A stretch of 64,000 nt of DNA, taken from contig OZ210885.1 in NCBI GenBank assembly GCA_964658305.1, positions 20,088,001-20,152,000 of the forward strand, given 5' to 3'. The notes beneath the pieces were generated by a model. That model was not told the origin of the DNA. It saw nothing but the letters and a program-made list of their open reading frames with translations, and made no database searches. This stretch comes from Leptogorgia sarmentosa (Eukaryota). Both the position numbers and the translations under genes were made by a program. Within the stretch, counting starts at the first letter, position 1. Each line of letters begins with the position of its first letter. Shown here one piece after another: positions 24,976 through 39,279 of this stretch.

Positions 24976-27900
24976 TGCACATGTCATTGGCTTCCCTGTG
25001 CGGTTGACCCCCGGGCTGACCAGGGGAAATTTTGAGGAAATAGATGAGGATTGTGGTTGAATCTTCCCCGTGGGGCAGGGGGGAATTTGCCACTTTGTTT
25101 CAAATTGTAATTTAATCCGAATTTAATGAAGCGTGACGTGTAGCAGTCTGGAACGAGTTCGTGCGAAGGTACGGCTCCACGAGGTCCGTAGACTCCATCC
25201 TGAACATCAACATGGCGCAGACCGATGAATCGAAAAAGGTGAGTACCTAATCCTACATTTGTAGGCAGCACAAATGGCCATCAGCTAAATTTAACCGTTG
25301 CCTACTTCGAAACATTCTTTAAGGAATGCGTATGTGCACATATTTTACTACAAGGTGTAGTAGACATGTTACATATATTTTGTGGTGTATATTAAAAATT
25401 AGGTTACTGTATGTGACATGCTTATAAAAATAACTGTTTACTAACTATTTACTCTGGCAAGAAAGAAGGTGAATGAGAAGGGATATCCTTACGCAAAAAA
25501 GGTATCACGTTCGACTGTATTTGGTGTTGATGATACTCCATCCAAGCCCAAACGAAAGTATATGCAAAGCAGTCTGAGAGAAGAGCAAGTTACAAATGTA
25601 TCAAATGCTATTCAGTCATATGACGAAACAATCGCTCTCCTGCAAAAACAAAAGCAGAAGTACTCAAGTATCGAGAAATATTTAGAGGCTGCTGAGATTA
25701 ATAAATCGATCTTGGAAATCACAGAGCAGAAACAGTTAAAAGTGAAAGAGTTAGAAAATTTGAATAAAGCTGAAATGAGATCGAAGAAAACAAAGAAAAA
25801 GAAAGCCGGGAAGGAAAGAAGCAGCAATTTGCCAAGTTCTATCAAAGGTTGGTCGACAAAGGAGAGCAGTTCTAACAGTGGAGATGAAACAGAAATTATT
25901 CCAACCGATGAGTCAGAAAATGAATTACAGGTTCCAAGTCAAGCAGAAAGACAAACAAGAAAAGAAATGTTGTACAGTTATTGTGCAGAAGTTATTGAAC
26001 AGAACGAACCAACATGCACTCAGGTACAACCCCCAGCTAAAGAAGCAGCTGAGGAATCTCCTGAGATGACTTTTTTCTAGGTGAACCCGCCTCCACTGAG
26101 TTGAACAGTGACCAATCGTTGAGTTCTGACATTTTCCAGAGGTACTTGAAGTATGTTGGGCAAAATTTGACCGATTATGTTAAAGAAGACGGAATTTATA
26201 AGTCCCATTTACGAGATATTTCACTTGTTGAGTTGCAAGAACCGCATATTGTGAAAGAAAGCATGGATGTCTGGCACTTTGCAAAACTTGTTTGCCTTTG
26301 GTTGAAGCTGCCAAACTTGTTGAAAGTAGTGGTGTTATATCTCTAAAACATTTGTTTTGTTCTCAGTTTCAGTCGAAAGGGTACAAGTCCGATAAAGCAA
26401 TTTGTCGATTTATGCAGTTACCTATTGTAATATTGAAAGTCAAGGGTGTATTGCACGTTTTAGAGTATAGTTCTAACATAGAATATGCAAGGCTTCAGGA
26501 ACTTATTGAGAAATTAATTCCTGAAGAGAAATTGTCATCAGGCTTGAATAGAGAAGCTCTAAAGGCGTTATGTGACCTTGCAAGTACAGAAGCAGATAGA
26601 AAATTGATAAGGGTAGCAGCTACAGGTGGAATGTCAGCATCACAAGCACGATCAACATATGGTATAAATGATTTGCACAAGGAAAGAGAAAAAGTTGCAC
26701 AAGCAGTCAAAGAGTATACTGCAATAAGAAATACCGTAGAAGAACTTGTAAGGGTGAAAGAGAACGCCGTCCTTGAGTCATTTGGAGTTACTGAAACTAG
26801 CGATTCTGAAATGGAAATATTGGACAGTGATACTGACGATACGTCCAATGACAGTGAAAAGGAAAATGCTGATGCTGAAGGAAGTGAAATAGAAAGGTCG
26901 GAGGCTAATACATGATGATGCTAATACGTGATGGTCCCGTTGAAACAGATCAACATTTGGTTAAAGCAAATGCCAATATGAACTTCGTGCAATCAGAAGA
27001 AATTTTGCTGATCATTTTGCGTGAAAACAAGCATAATTGGTTTTCATTTATAGCAGAAGTCGAAATCCTTTACCCAGACTTAACCAAAGAGGGTCTTCAG
27101 CAACTGTTAGATGTCTTTGTTCGTTATATGTCAGATGTTAACCTCAGTACAGAAGAAACAACACTTTGGCAACAATCTTATCAAGCGTATCTAACAACCA
27201 GATCACAAACAGTTGGGGAAGAACAGCACAGGGTTGGTGGGGTGTGGACCGATTCAGAGAGCGATGATCCTGAAGACTGGATTGAACTGAAAACATGTAG
27301 CAGTTTACAGAGTAAGGCATTTCAAGAAAAGGTAAAGAAGAAGAAGGCTGCTTTTGCCAGACTGAAGAAAAGGATGATTGCCAAGGAAGTTACACAAAAA
27401 GCTCTGCTGAAGCGGAAGGTCCCAAAAGCCGTAAATAAGACACTTCGACAGTTTCCAAACATCGGCAAGGACATTGAGACTTTTGCAAAAGAAAATCGGG
27501 TCGGAGCCGATGCGTGGCGCCGTACAGGAGTCTTGACTTTCAGTGGAAACCTGAAACGGGGTCCAAAGATAACATATAATCGTATTAAGCAGCATCTGGA
27601 AAAATAGTATGGCACAAGGATAGCATATGGGACTATTGTACAATTATGCCTTGTTCACAACAAAAGGAGGCTGTCAGCACGCAGGTACTGGGGTATTGCA
27701 GGGCTTAAGTCACGTCGAGCAAGGAAAGGTTTCAATGTACGTCTAAACATTGATGCGCATTGGAGTTGTGCCTTCTACAAATGTCTTGACTATATCCAAC
27801 AAAAGGATGGGCAAGACAAAGCAATACTTAATAGAGATGATGCAGCAGGCTTCAGGCTCGACACAACATATACCCACAAACAGCACAAGATCCTGGCAGA

Positions 27901-30257
27901 AGCAAGCAATCCTGAATTGACGACCAGAACAGATTATGTAAATAAATACTCATTCGTTCTCCAGACAACATCTTACTTATTCATAGAGACTGATAACACA
28001 GCAGAGACATGTGTTGGTGTTGTCAAAGCACACCAAGCATTTCCTAAAAACCCAGCCCAACATGCCGCAGATTTTGAAACTTTGAAGGACCATCCAAGTA
28101 CACAATCTCTTTTGCACAAGGGTGTAGATTGCATTAGGGTGGACGGTGCGGGTGATGAGGGCCCATCTCATGTTGAAGTGCAGTTCATGTGGACAGAATG
28201 GGACTTTAAAATGGGAAAGGTTTGTACAGTGGTGACATCCAGGTTTAGTGGAGGAAGCTATTTAAACCGGGTAGAGTTGTTAAATGGATGCCTTGCTGTT
28301 GGTCACTCAAATGTGTTCATACCTTCAACGATTTTTGGTTCGAATCTTAGCACTGATGGAATTGACCACGAAAAATTGCTGGCAAATCTCGACGCTGCTG
28401 CTGATGTGTACATTAATACAATGACCAGCACAAAATGTGCCGGTAACCCAATTGTTTTAGTCAAGGGTGCTAAAAATGAAATCTCGAAAAAATACTTGGA
28501 AAGAAGAGATCATCTACTCACATTTCTTCAAGGTTCAGCAAAAAAGCAGTCAGCATTTAAACAGGAATTTCCGGAAGAACATGCTTACTTCTCCAAGGTG
28601 TGGGCTATTCGGGACAATCACATGGTTAAGAATCTCCCTGAAAACTACGTATTTATGTTAAACCCTTGTTACAAGAAAAATTGTCCCCATCCAGTCTGTG
28701 TAAATGGAAAACCAATTTCACAACCTGTTTGGTATAAAGATGGACCACCATTGACATATGTTCCTCTCCCAATTCCGGATCCCAAAAGGAGGTTGGCATC
28801 TAAGTGCGATACATGTGTTGGTGCTTGTTCCGGTCATTATCTAAGCCCAGAGGAAAACATAAAATGGGTGAAGGAGAACAGCAATGGAAGCTGTGTCCAG
28901 CCTCCCCGACAAGTGATAGGTGAATATTTCAAGAAACCAAATGTAGTTGTCACTGACGATATAATAAAAGATCTGGCGGAGAAGACCTTACTCAGTGAAG
29001 CGGACGTTAATGTGGATTGACCATCTCGAAACAATAAAGATCAGAAGAAAGGAAGGTGCGCGGAAAGCTGTTGAAACGAAAAGAAAGAAGATGGCTGAAA
29101 AGAAGAAAGGTATGTAAGATGTCTTTCTTCTTAGTCAAGTACAACTAGTGGAGAGATACTGTACATGATTTTAATTTTTTTAACTGTTGCATCAGGCTGG
29201 CCATGTCTTTAAAAAAACATTTGTTAAATGCATTCCTCACTTCTAGGAGCAGCAGATGAAAGAGCTAAAGTTACGGAACTACACTGTATTTGCAAGCAGC
29301 CAGACGATGGAAGGTGCAAATGGCATTTACATTCAATCTTGATATGATATGCTAACATTAGCTAACCAGTAGATTATTCATATACTCCAACCAACGGACA
29401 TACTCCAATCAAATTTCCTAGCTTGGGAAAAACTCACTGTTTTTCAACAGATTTGTCTGTCTGGTGTCTTTTGGGGTGTTACAGTTGTACCTGTTCTTCT
29501 TGCAGATTTATGATTTGTTGTGACCAGTGTAACACATGGTTCCATGGTGATTGCATCGATCTTTGTGAAGAGGAAGGAGAACTACTAGAAGATTTCTATT
29601 GCGACGCTTGTTTGATTTCTTTGACACCTTCGTAAAGTTCATACTGTATATAAACTCTGGTCGAACAAGGATGAGAGTTGACGATAGTTGCATGACCAAC
29701 TCTTGTACTTGCCTTACATGGACTTATAGATTATAAGAGTGTTTCTGAACTGAAATGAACTGTTTGTTCTATATATTGACATACATTCTATAGACATAAA
29801 CTTGTGCATACAAAAAGTTATCCATAATGCCTAGTTCAATGGCAAACTACCTTGCAAGTGGCTGCAAAGCAACTCGTTCCCAGGTCCCAAACCAAACAAG
29901 GCATTATGTAAAGCGTGTATGTGCAAGGCACCCTGTATATCTACAGTTATGATTGTGTTCATTATAACGACGTTTCACATTAAAGTTATTGACATTGTTA
30001 ACATTATTATGGAAGAAATTTATTTTATCTTTGTGACATGATAAATAAGCAGAAAAAATAGCCACAAGCTTGCGATGAGAAACACATTTTTTACCTCAGA
30101 TAGGGGCGATTGCATATGGCAATAAACTGACCCAGGGGACTTTGTTCCTAACCCTTGCCCCACCCCCCGGAGAAATCATCTTGTTTGCTCCAGATTTTTT
30201 ACAATCCCCCTGGTCAGCCCGGGGGTCAACCCCACGGGGAAGCCGATGACATGTGCA
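24976..30257. mobile_element. 5.3-kb TIR DNA transposon, TGCAC termini, TTA TSD
   Basis: About 50-bp TIRs TGCACATGTCATTGGCTTCCCTGTGCGGTTGACCCCCGGGCTGACCAGGGG with near-perfect reverse complement ending at 30257; TTA at 24973-24975 and 30258-30260. Confidence 0.9.
25212..29635 (+). pseudogene. Large spliced DDE transposase (distantly Zator-like) with C-terminal PHD finger
   Basis: Candidate triad NRDDAAGFRLD / RVDGAGDEGP / SYLNRVEL; spliced PHD HCICKQPDDGR|FMICCDQCNTWFHGDC..FYCDAC; stop at 27605-27607 and a few frameshifts. Confidence 0.72.
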
Positions 30258-30260
30258 TTA

Positions 30261-30719
30261 ATGAAACTGAACGATATTGTGCCTCAACATGCGGACTATT
30301 AAGATGACCATCGGCTGACAGTTGTAACCAGAAGTGACGTTTCCGCAACGTTTGAGGTAATTAAAGACCTGGCAACAAAAGATGCAATAATTGCCATTGC
30401 TTCTGCTGATAGAGGCACAGATTACTATCTGCTTCAAGTAACTGGGGATGGGGCGGCGGTTTTGTTAGAAGAAGAAACAGACGATTGGGGGGCAACATAC
30501 CCACCAGGTGCTGAAATCATTCGTAGATTGTTCCTTATCCGTTATGGCAATACTAGACCCCCCTATCAGTACAAGATAATTGTGGAGAAAAAAAGCTGTT
30601 TATGCAGGAACAGTAAGGTATATTTTCCCAGAATTAGACATATGCAATATCAATTCCCAACCAAATACATACCAAATTCCCAAAGAGTTGCACATGGATA
30701 TCCTGGAGTCTTTACATGA
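30261..30719 (+). pseudogene. Unknown TE-like protein remnant; 5' part probably at about 24825-24972, split by the TIR element
   Basis: Protein-like frame IIAIASADRGTDYYLLQVTG..TDDWGATYPPGAEII; function unknown. Confidence 0.4.
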
Positions 30720-31084
30720 ATTTTAAAGTTGACTTAAGTTTTTTAGTGCATAAATAGAAATATAGGAATTGACTGATACCCTTTATAGCTATAAAATCAT
30801 GGAAACATATAGGCAGGTAGATTGATATATTTAGCAATATATATTTATATATTACTATGCAAAATATATCTATCTACCAATATTATGCAATATATGCAGA
30901 CCAAGTTTTTCTAAACAATGATATATATATAAATAGTACTTCTAAGTTTGGTACAGAACTAGTTGTTTTTTTATTGTTAAAGTTTATTATACATTTTCAC
31001 GTATTAATTTGAAAACAAAACATATCTATCTATCTACATATATGCCATTGCTTTATTAAGCTTAATTTAATGTGCATGATCTGT

Positions 31085-32090
31085 TTATATTTTCTTTCTC
31101 ATGTGGCTGTTCATCGCGCTTATCACATCTTTCCATGACTCTTGCGAATACATAAGTTCGTAGCCTTTGTTATTTTAGTTAATACCTGACTACTTAATCC
31201 TTTGGATTTCGGCCCTTCTCCGTATACTGTACAGTTAAGATGATCATCAGGTGTTGTGTAAAACTTTAGTAACATGACTGCAAAATGCGCATCTGAGTGC
31301 TGTGGCTCTTCATTTGCATCGGACAGGTAAACCCGTGTACAGAATCGGCTGTTGATACAGGTGTTTCACTCCTTAAAGTTTGGTTAAAGAGTAACTCGTT
31401 AGTTTTAAGGCAATCTTTAATAATCTGTTCATTCACCAACACTGTATCAATTTTTCCTGATAAGCTTTCAATCTTTTTGTTCATTCTCTCGATGCTCGGT
31501 GGGTTCTCTGGAATAACTTGACCAGGCAAAATATTCTCGAAGTTAGTTGGGGGGAAGTGAATCCTGTAAATGTGCCTGTATGGGAAATGAAACATGTGGC
31601 TCAGGCTGATTATTTACTAATCAAAAGACCTATTCAGGGAAAGCCAATCCAAGGAAAAGAAAAGGAGTTGGAATTGTTAGACTCTAGATCTGTGCCTGTT
31701 GCAGCAGCTGTGTGGGAGTGTAATTGAGATGTATTGGTTAGATCACTTAAGAACATTGGATAAGAGAGACCAGTATTGGAAGTTAAGACAGATAGTGGTT
31801 GTAGATTGGTAGTCAAGGATGAAGATACAGCCAAACGTACAAAAATAGCGGTTATCTTTATTAATAATTGTGCAAGTGATGTTGATTTAGCAGATGAACT
31901 TATGTTAGTGCTTAATGAAGATATTTTTGGGCCAGGTGTTGCTTGTCGAAACCGTTTCGACCATTTGGACGAGTATTTTTTTTTGACAAACAGGATGGCG
32001 TTCCTGTTGTGCTCACTGATTTTGGTCCAATTGGAAGGTGTTTGGTTGATGTGCGCTCAATTTCGGATTTTTATATTCATGTTTAACCGC
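31085..32090 (-). pseudogene. S/T-rich protein with coiled coil and C-terminal BEN-like domain
   Basis: C-terminal FYTTPDDHLNCTVYGEGPKSKGLSSQVLTKI..WKDVISAMNSHMR resembles the BEN consensus; frameshifted. Confidence 0.5.
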
Positions 32091-32179
32091 TTTTATCGAT
32101 CAAAGTTCATAAATAAGTCTCCTCCGTTCAAAGTTTGAGCTTGAATAAATCGTCGTTGCGTTTTAAATATACATCGATT

Positions 32180-35100
32180 ATGGCTGTCTCACTCTCGGAC
32201 GAATATGTACTGTTGCTCCAGAGCGTTGTGGAGGAGAACAAGCTATTACGCGAGGAGTTGAAGAAGTCTGTTCAAGATACCAAGTTATCTATTGAAGATA
32301 TGAAAACGAAGGTGGAAAAGATTGGCAATATGTCTGTTGGTGCAAGAAAAGTCCGACAAACTGGTCCAGTCAGAGCTGTTCGTGCGCCAAAGCTCTGTAG
32401 GGTGAGTGTTCATTAATTCTTATATTTGATTATATGTGTAATCGTATCCATCTCAGTTTCTATAACACGCTGTGGAAGAATGTGAGGTTAACGCTAGCCA
32501 TTTTGTAAAATACTGGCGCCAATTTTTACCATTTTAATCTGTATATTTTGCAAATAAGAGAGAGACATTTAGACCTTTATAACCCCAATGTTGTGACTGT
32601 ATATTGACCTCAAGAGCTCTTGTATTTGGCCTTTGCTCTCGGCAGGCTGTGGGAAAAGATGCAAATTTGGTATTGCATCTCATAAATTTACAGCAGCGAA
32701 ACTACCCCAATTATTTTGTCATGCTATGCAAATTTTACATGATTAATCACCATCAATATTCAGTTCAGTATTTGAAAGTCAAAGTCATTGTCATAGTTAT
32801 TGTCAAAATCATTGTCATTGTCTGGCTTTCCCACAGCAAATTTGATCCTGTTGATGTATTGCAAGAAAGTGCAGTCACACAGCAAACTGTGCTAAATCTG
32901 TTTTTACGCATTGCTAAATTCATTCTTTTGTGATTTATATATATTTTTTTCAATGTTTAACTCAACATAAATTTTATTGGTTGCTTTGCTTTGCACTGAT
33001 AACAGCTTGGATGAAATCTCATGCAGCCCTGAGGGTGAACATTGCCTAATTATACCATTGTCCTAATTGCTACATGATTTTACTAATAAAAGGAGAGTTA
33101 TCATATTAAAGTGCCTCTAACACAATTTTTATTTTTAGCAATTTTGGAAGTTTATATATTTTCAAGCATAACTGTCCAAACAACAATGAATTTTATAAAA
33201 TAGTTTCCTTTTTACAGCGATTTGAAAACCGTATATTAGCCTGTTAACGTGGATCACTTCCGCGAGCATGATAAGACTGGAACGAGCAAATTTTGTGACG
33301 TCATGCAAGGTACTCGTTCGTTTGCATTCCGTGCATCTGCCTTTACTCTAATTCGCGTTTGTAGAGGTTTTAAAAACGAAAAGATGGCTTTTAGTTGCAA
33401 CGCTGCCAGTTGTACCAATAAAGCAAGGCTGAAAGATGACATAAGTATGCACACAATCCCTTATTTTAACAACGACCGGCCCTAACTAAGAAGAGACGAA
33501 AAATATGTGTAAGACGGCCGGTACGGTCGGGTTACGCAAACGATCGAGTGAGTTTTACAAAGAAATTTAATAATCGACAATAGCAACAACACACGATACA
33601 ATACAAGTATTTAAAAAACGGGTACGAGTAATGCTAATATAACAAAAAGATAAAAAACTAAATATAGATAGAAGTTATAACTAATGTGACTACTATGACA
33701 CAACAATATTAAGCAAATATCAAATTAAGCGCAAAGGTCAATATGTCGCAAAATATACAATGAATTGAAATACAATGTTATGACTATTGCCATCAATGCA
33801 ACACTACACAGAAGCTATAATGTCTTAGCATAAAATATATATGGACGATAAATGAATATATATTACGAGTATAGTATGACTATATATGATAATTACCCAA
33901 TGTTATCCGAGGCTTGAGTAAGACATACCCATACTATACGCGCTCCGGCCCTTGATAGTTAGCTTGAGCCGTGAGCTTGATTAGCAAGTAACTCTCTCGG
34001 TTCAGTGCGCTTAATTTATAGCAGCAGTTAGGGTGTTGACCCACTACAAACTAAACCAAATAACGCTACAGGATGGGAAAACCACAACAGCTAAAATGTG
34101 CTGAATCAAGGTAACTGGGTTGCATCCTCTATCATATATTGGGGAATGAAGTTGTAGTTTGTGTCGTCAGACGGACAGCTCGCTTCTGAATCTGTCTCAC
34201 TGCTGCTCAAGATCTTTTAAAACGATTCAAATTGATCCAAAACCAAAGAAATGCTAGTCAAACAGATTATATGTGATTCACATTGATTCGCGCAATATCA
34301 AAGCAAAACACCGACTACCTTGCGTGACGTCAAAAAAGTGCACTACCCAGGCTTCCAAAACGACGGTACTGGTCCACAAAATTTCATATTTAACATGCAA
34401 TAAAATCCGCAATATTTTATGAAATTAGGAAATTTTTTCACTAGAGCATTATATTGTATTATATCTTTCAATACAGTGAATAAAAAAAATTGTGTTAGTG
34501 GCACTTTAATGGTTGATGTAGTCCAGTTGGTTGTGCTTATTCTTCCAAGTCTTGGTTGTGCTGTGCTTAAGAATGGATACTATTATAAAATTACTGGGGT
34601 TTTTGTCTTAATAGTTTTGTCTATGTTTGTTGCAAGCTGAAAGGACTGAAAAGCTATGACAGCAATTTGTCATTCAAGTTCGATGAAAGGTATATATTAT
34701 GTTTTAATATGTGGATACTATATGTAGTATTGAAACTGCTACTCTATATAGCTAGATCTATGCTATTACTTACTGTCTTATCTATTCCACTGCTGTATTA
34801 ATTTACTATCTTATGTTATTATGATATAATAGTACAAAATTTTATTTTGTTTTAATTTTAGTGTGGACTCTCAACACAACAGTATGCTGTGTTCAAAGGT
34901 TGCCGAAGAACTTGCTCATGAATATGGAGGAGCAGAGAAATGTCCATGGTCTGTTGTTTTGATAAAAGGTATAGCACTCATGACTATATATGGTATATAA
35001 TTAACTGTGAAGTTATTGTCATATTGTGTTGCCTCTCTTTTGCTGGTGCTAGTGGAACCTATATGCTTTGTTATTGACATATCAGTGTGACAAATTGTGG

Positions 35101-36171
35101 TGAATAATTAACCCATGCAAATAGACAATTTTTGAAATTGAATTTTTATTTATTTCTAGAAGCATTCAAGACCTATTTCCGGTCTTCAAGAGCCTCACAT
35201 TTACGAAGTACCAAGGGTACTCAGAAGGCACACATCGGCAGATGTAGAAGACGCAACAGAAAAGATGAGGTTTGTAAATTTTACTTATAATTAACACTGA
35301 ACAATTGTTCATCATCATGACGGATTGCAAAATTTGTCATTCAGTGAGTGAAACATTATCAGATGGCACCAGTACTTGAAATTCGTATTGCCATTAAATG
35401 GTATTGTGGATGATGCACAGGATTTCATGTACCATCCATCTTTACTTTATCTTTCAAATCAGTTAATGGATTTACTTTTTTGGGGACACAAGGTCTGTAT
35501 GTTAGTTAATTCAAAAAAGGTTGTCCACAACAGACACTTAGCATTGAACTCTAAGCATGCAAGAAAGAATAGAGCTGTTTGTTTACTTAGCTAATTTGTC
35601 AACTGCGAGGCTCTAAATATCAAAGACCCATCCATACCATGAGATTCACGATTTTTGAACAATCAACCTGTTTTGAATTGGCTGTATAGACTATAGTTTA
35701 ATATACATATTGTAGAAAGTTCTTATACGTATGTCAAATTGTATTCTGTATTTTATTCTAGAAGTTGGCTCATAGGGTCAAGCAAGTTGAGAAGGCTGGT
35801 TGGGTTCCAGAGAAAACTGCAAGAGTAGCAGAGGTCATGAATCCTGACTACATGTCCTCAGAAGAGAGTGAGATCAATGAAATAGATGACAAGATTGTGA
35901 AGTACAATGTTCGAAAGTTGCCCTGGGAGAGTTGAGCCCTGCGCAAGGTGAAAAGAAAGTTAGACAAACTTCATACTGCATCGCTATCTGACCTTGTACA
36001 GAGGAGGCTCATTGCTCGCGAAGTTGGGCAACCTTCTATCAGACCAAAGCCAAACAATTGCCCAGAGTGGGCAGCTGCAACCGAGGAAAGGGCTACTCAA
36101 TCTTCAAGTGCAAGTGACACGTCTGTGAATTTGAATGACTCGTTCAATGACAGTTTGAATGACTCTGTATA
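32180..36171 (+). pseudogene. Multi-exon C14orf93-like coiled-coil protein (TE accessory type)
   Basis: Exons near 32180-32401, 34862-34968, 35160-35269, 35762-36171 with GT-AG ends; DYMSSEESE..VRKLPWES*ALRKVKRKLD motif contains an in-frame stop. Confidence 0.6.
33110..34505. mobile_element. Non-autonomous Kolobok with THAP N-terminal remnant, inside an intron
   Basis: TIR AGTGCCTCTAACACAATTTTT / AAAAATTGTGTTAGTGGCACT; TTAA on both sides; MAFSCNAASCTN..ISMHTIPYF resembles the THAP at 48690. Confidence 0.85.
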
Positions 36172-36479
36172 AACTTTTGTTTCAATTTTTCATTAGCTAG
36201 GATTAGGAACAGGTTCTAATGCACGGTTCGTTATATAGTTATGTTATATTTATGATGGTTTGATGGGTTAGAGTTACAGGGTCTACTTTTCACTAATAAA
36301 TATGTTTCTCTGTATATTTTGCACATATCAGCACTGTATTATATATTTATGCTATAGTGTAGCTATTGTTGATTTTCCACAAATATATTATTGATTGCCA
36401 AAAAAATATGTGTAGTGCAGATTTTTGTCAGGACGTCTATTAAGTACATGCTTGGTTTTCCAAAAATAAAACAGCCCTG

Positions 36480-36903
36480 TTGATAAATATACCAAAAACC
36501 CCTTGATTAAAGATTTAAAAAGGTAGATACCTTTCGACAATATTCACACGCTATTAAAGGCGATTAAAGCTGCAAAATATGCAATAATAGCGGAGCGTAA
36601 AAGTCAGCATAAAGATGCCTTTACAGCCATTTTCTCGCCAATTGAAGACAGTTTATAGTAATATTTCATTATCCTTTTAACGAGCTTTATCCACCTTTAA
36701 TATGCAGTATTTAATCATCTTTAAATATACTTCAAGTTGTTTGAGTAATGTGTTCAGAAAACAGTTTAATCTGGACGCGGAAAGGTGATGAATGATACAT
36801 TTACGCAATTTAATCATCATGATTAAATGTGATTAAATCGCCCAAAAATGCATCTTTTCATGATATTTAACAATGAGTAAAGCTATGGTTTTCGCCCTGT
36901 GGG
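36480..36903. mobile_element. Possible terminus of a CMC/EnSpm-like element
   Basis: Ends ..TTTTCGCCCTGTGGG (CCC-start TIR style), preceded by many short GATTAAA/TTTAATC motifs; partner end not found. Confidence 0.35.
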
Positions 36904-37404
36904 TATGAAAACCTTTTAAAAAATATACATAAACCTTCCATACCACTGCAAACAGTTCCTAGCTTGCACTTGAATATGGTGGGAATGCCAAGAGCCTCAA
37001 ACAGTGTTGGAAGATCGGGTTTTTAACCCGAAAATCTGCAAAACACTCATATTCATCTTTTTCCTCTTTTTCCTCTGGAGAAAATTCTGGATTCTTGTAA
37101 TTCCCAGAATTATGCAAGCAATTTTTGGTAACAGGTTCAATAGTATATGTAATCTATACCAGCAAATGACAAAATATAGTTATTTCTTCACTTTTATTCA
37201 TGGTATAAACATGTTAATATTTACAATAGCAACATGATCCATTTTACTCGCACTGCATACTGGCATAGAGATCGTATAACATGACTCACACGATGACACA
37301 AAGCCATGCCACATTGTTTCTATGTGCTTTTAGTTCATACCAGGTATGAATAAGGCAGCATAATTAAGAAGTAATCACTGATTAATACACATAAGTGGAT
37401 TGTA

Positions 37405-38194
37405 CCGGGTGGCGCAGAAAAAAGGTTATGCGTTTGATTTAGTAAAGTGACAAAAGCATAAGCGCTACATCGTTCAAATAAATGTAGCTGAATTCATAAA
37501 AGCCTAACTTAAATTTTGATGTATAATACATGTATTTTCGTAAAGTATTAATTAATCATTTCAATTTGCAACTGCATTTTTAAAATGTCCCAAAATTAGC
37601 TAAAAGTTTTTATCACTGTAGGTTTACTCGGACAAGGAACGTTACCCCAATAAATTGGCCAACGTCGTATAACCTCTTCAGCATTATTTACGGTAGCATA
37701 TTGCAAGCAAACCCAACTCGTTGTTGAATGGTTAAACGAGGCATGTTTACAAGCAGAAAGCTTAAATTCGTTCGAAAGTCTTCGTCGCAAGCGCAAGTTA
37801 AATTCAATTCCCCAAGGGACAAAATTTACCTTTTTTGAAATTTTGTTAAACAAATCAATATTCAGAGAAAGCTTCGTAACAACGTTTTTACTCAAACTGA
37901 ATTCATACAAGCGACTGGACCATGACTATGTTTGAGAAAATTCTAAAATTTATGAAAACAGTTTAATGTACTATCAATTGACCTTTTTAGCATTGACTTT
38001 TTTACATTTACCGAAACTCATTCCGAATTTGATTTGGTCATAATTCAGTGATTTTTGTACGTAAATAAACATGTGTAGCTCAAAATTTAAGTTAGGCTTT
38101 TATGAATACAGCTACATTTATTTGAACGATGTAGCGCTTATACTTTCTTCACTTTACTAAATCAAACGCGTAAACTTTTTTCTGCGCCACCCGG
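37405..38194. mobile_element. Tc1/mariner-type MITE (790 bp)
   Basis: About 115-bp TIRs CCGGGTGGCGCAGAAAAAAG../..CTTTTTTCTGCGCCACCCGG; TA on both sides. Confidence 0.92.
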
Positions 38195-39279
38195 TATAAC
38201 ATATATTTTACAAGAGGAATAAACAAAGTATTAACAAACTAATACCGTCTGCCCTGTATAAAGAAGCCGCAGTATATTGTAATATTGAATTATTATGTTA
38301 ATTATGTCTGTTATTGTATATGCGTATTCGCTAAATTCATCTTGAGTGCGCCGTAAAGACGTGGTAATCCATAGAGTTTCATGCCTGCTGTGTTGTCCAT
38401 ACAAGACAAGAATGTATTATTCAATGCCAAAATTTCAGTGTTGAATAACTGTTAAATATTAGACATTTAAATATTAGATACACCGTCTATGTATTCGCTC
38501 CTTGGTCCTTAGATCAGACTCATCACTGTACCTTAAGATACTGTCAATCGTATTTCTTTAAAGCTGCCTTTACAGTAGCTCAAAATTGATAAATTGTCCA
38601 ATAAATGGATTTGAATGCTTCCAACTTTACTGTATTTAAACCTTTCGTCAAGTAGCGATCAGAAGGAGCAAGAACTTCGTACTCAATGCTGCAAAACATT
38701 GGCCTGAGCCCTCATTGCTGAACGCTTGTGAACACTCTGTTTAATCAAAAACATTCAGCCAATGGGAATGCAGAATTTTTTTGAATAACCCAATTGAATG
38801 GACTGAATTCGAGCTGCTGATCGCTTCGGCTAGAATTTGGCTAGAATTGACCCAAATCTTGCAAAACTCATGGGTAAGACCGCTGCGCATTCATTTCCGA
38901 AGGCCGAGCAACTGGATGATATTTCAGAACTGGGCTGTTAACTTTCAATGCAATACACTGTGTGAAGTTTAACAACTGGATTGCTATTGTGAATTGTGAT
39001 TGCACAATTTTTACCAATTTTCACCTTAGTCGTATGATTGTTCTGATCACCCCTAGATCGGCCCCGAGTACTAAATCTAAACATAATGTAAGTACTAAAC
39101 TTGTAGGCATGGTGGTGGAAAACAACCTATTTGGAACTGTTGCATCCTCATTCATTTATGACAGTTCTTGATCATCACTTACAGTAATTGTAAGATATGC
39201 TGGCCGCCAAGGCTTGGTAAACATTCTTTTGTTCATATTTTAATTAGGGCACTAGTTGAAATCAAATAACCTGCAATGG

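Noticed and set aside
33508..34070. Possible reverse-oriented solo LTR (TGTA..TACA) interrupting the THAP remnant
   Set aside because: No matching TSD could be read, so the boundaries are unsupported
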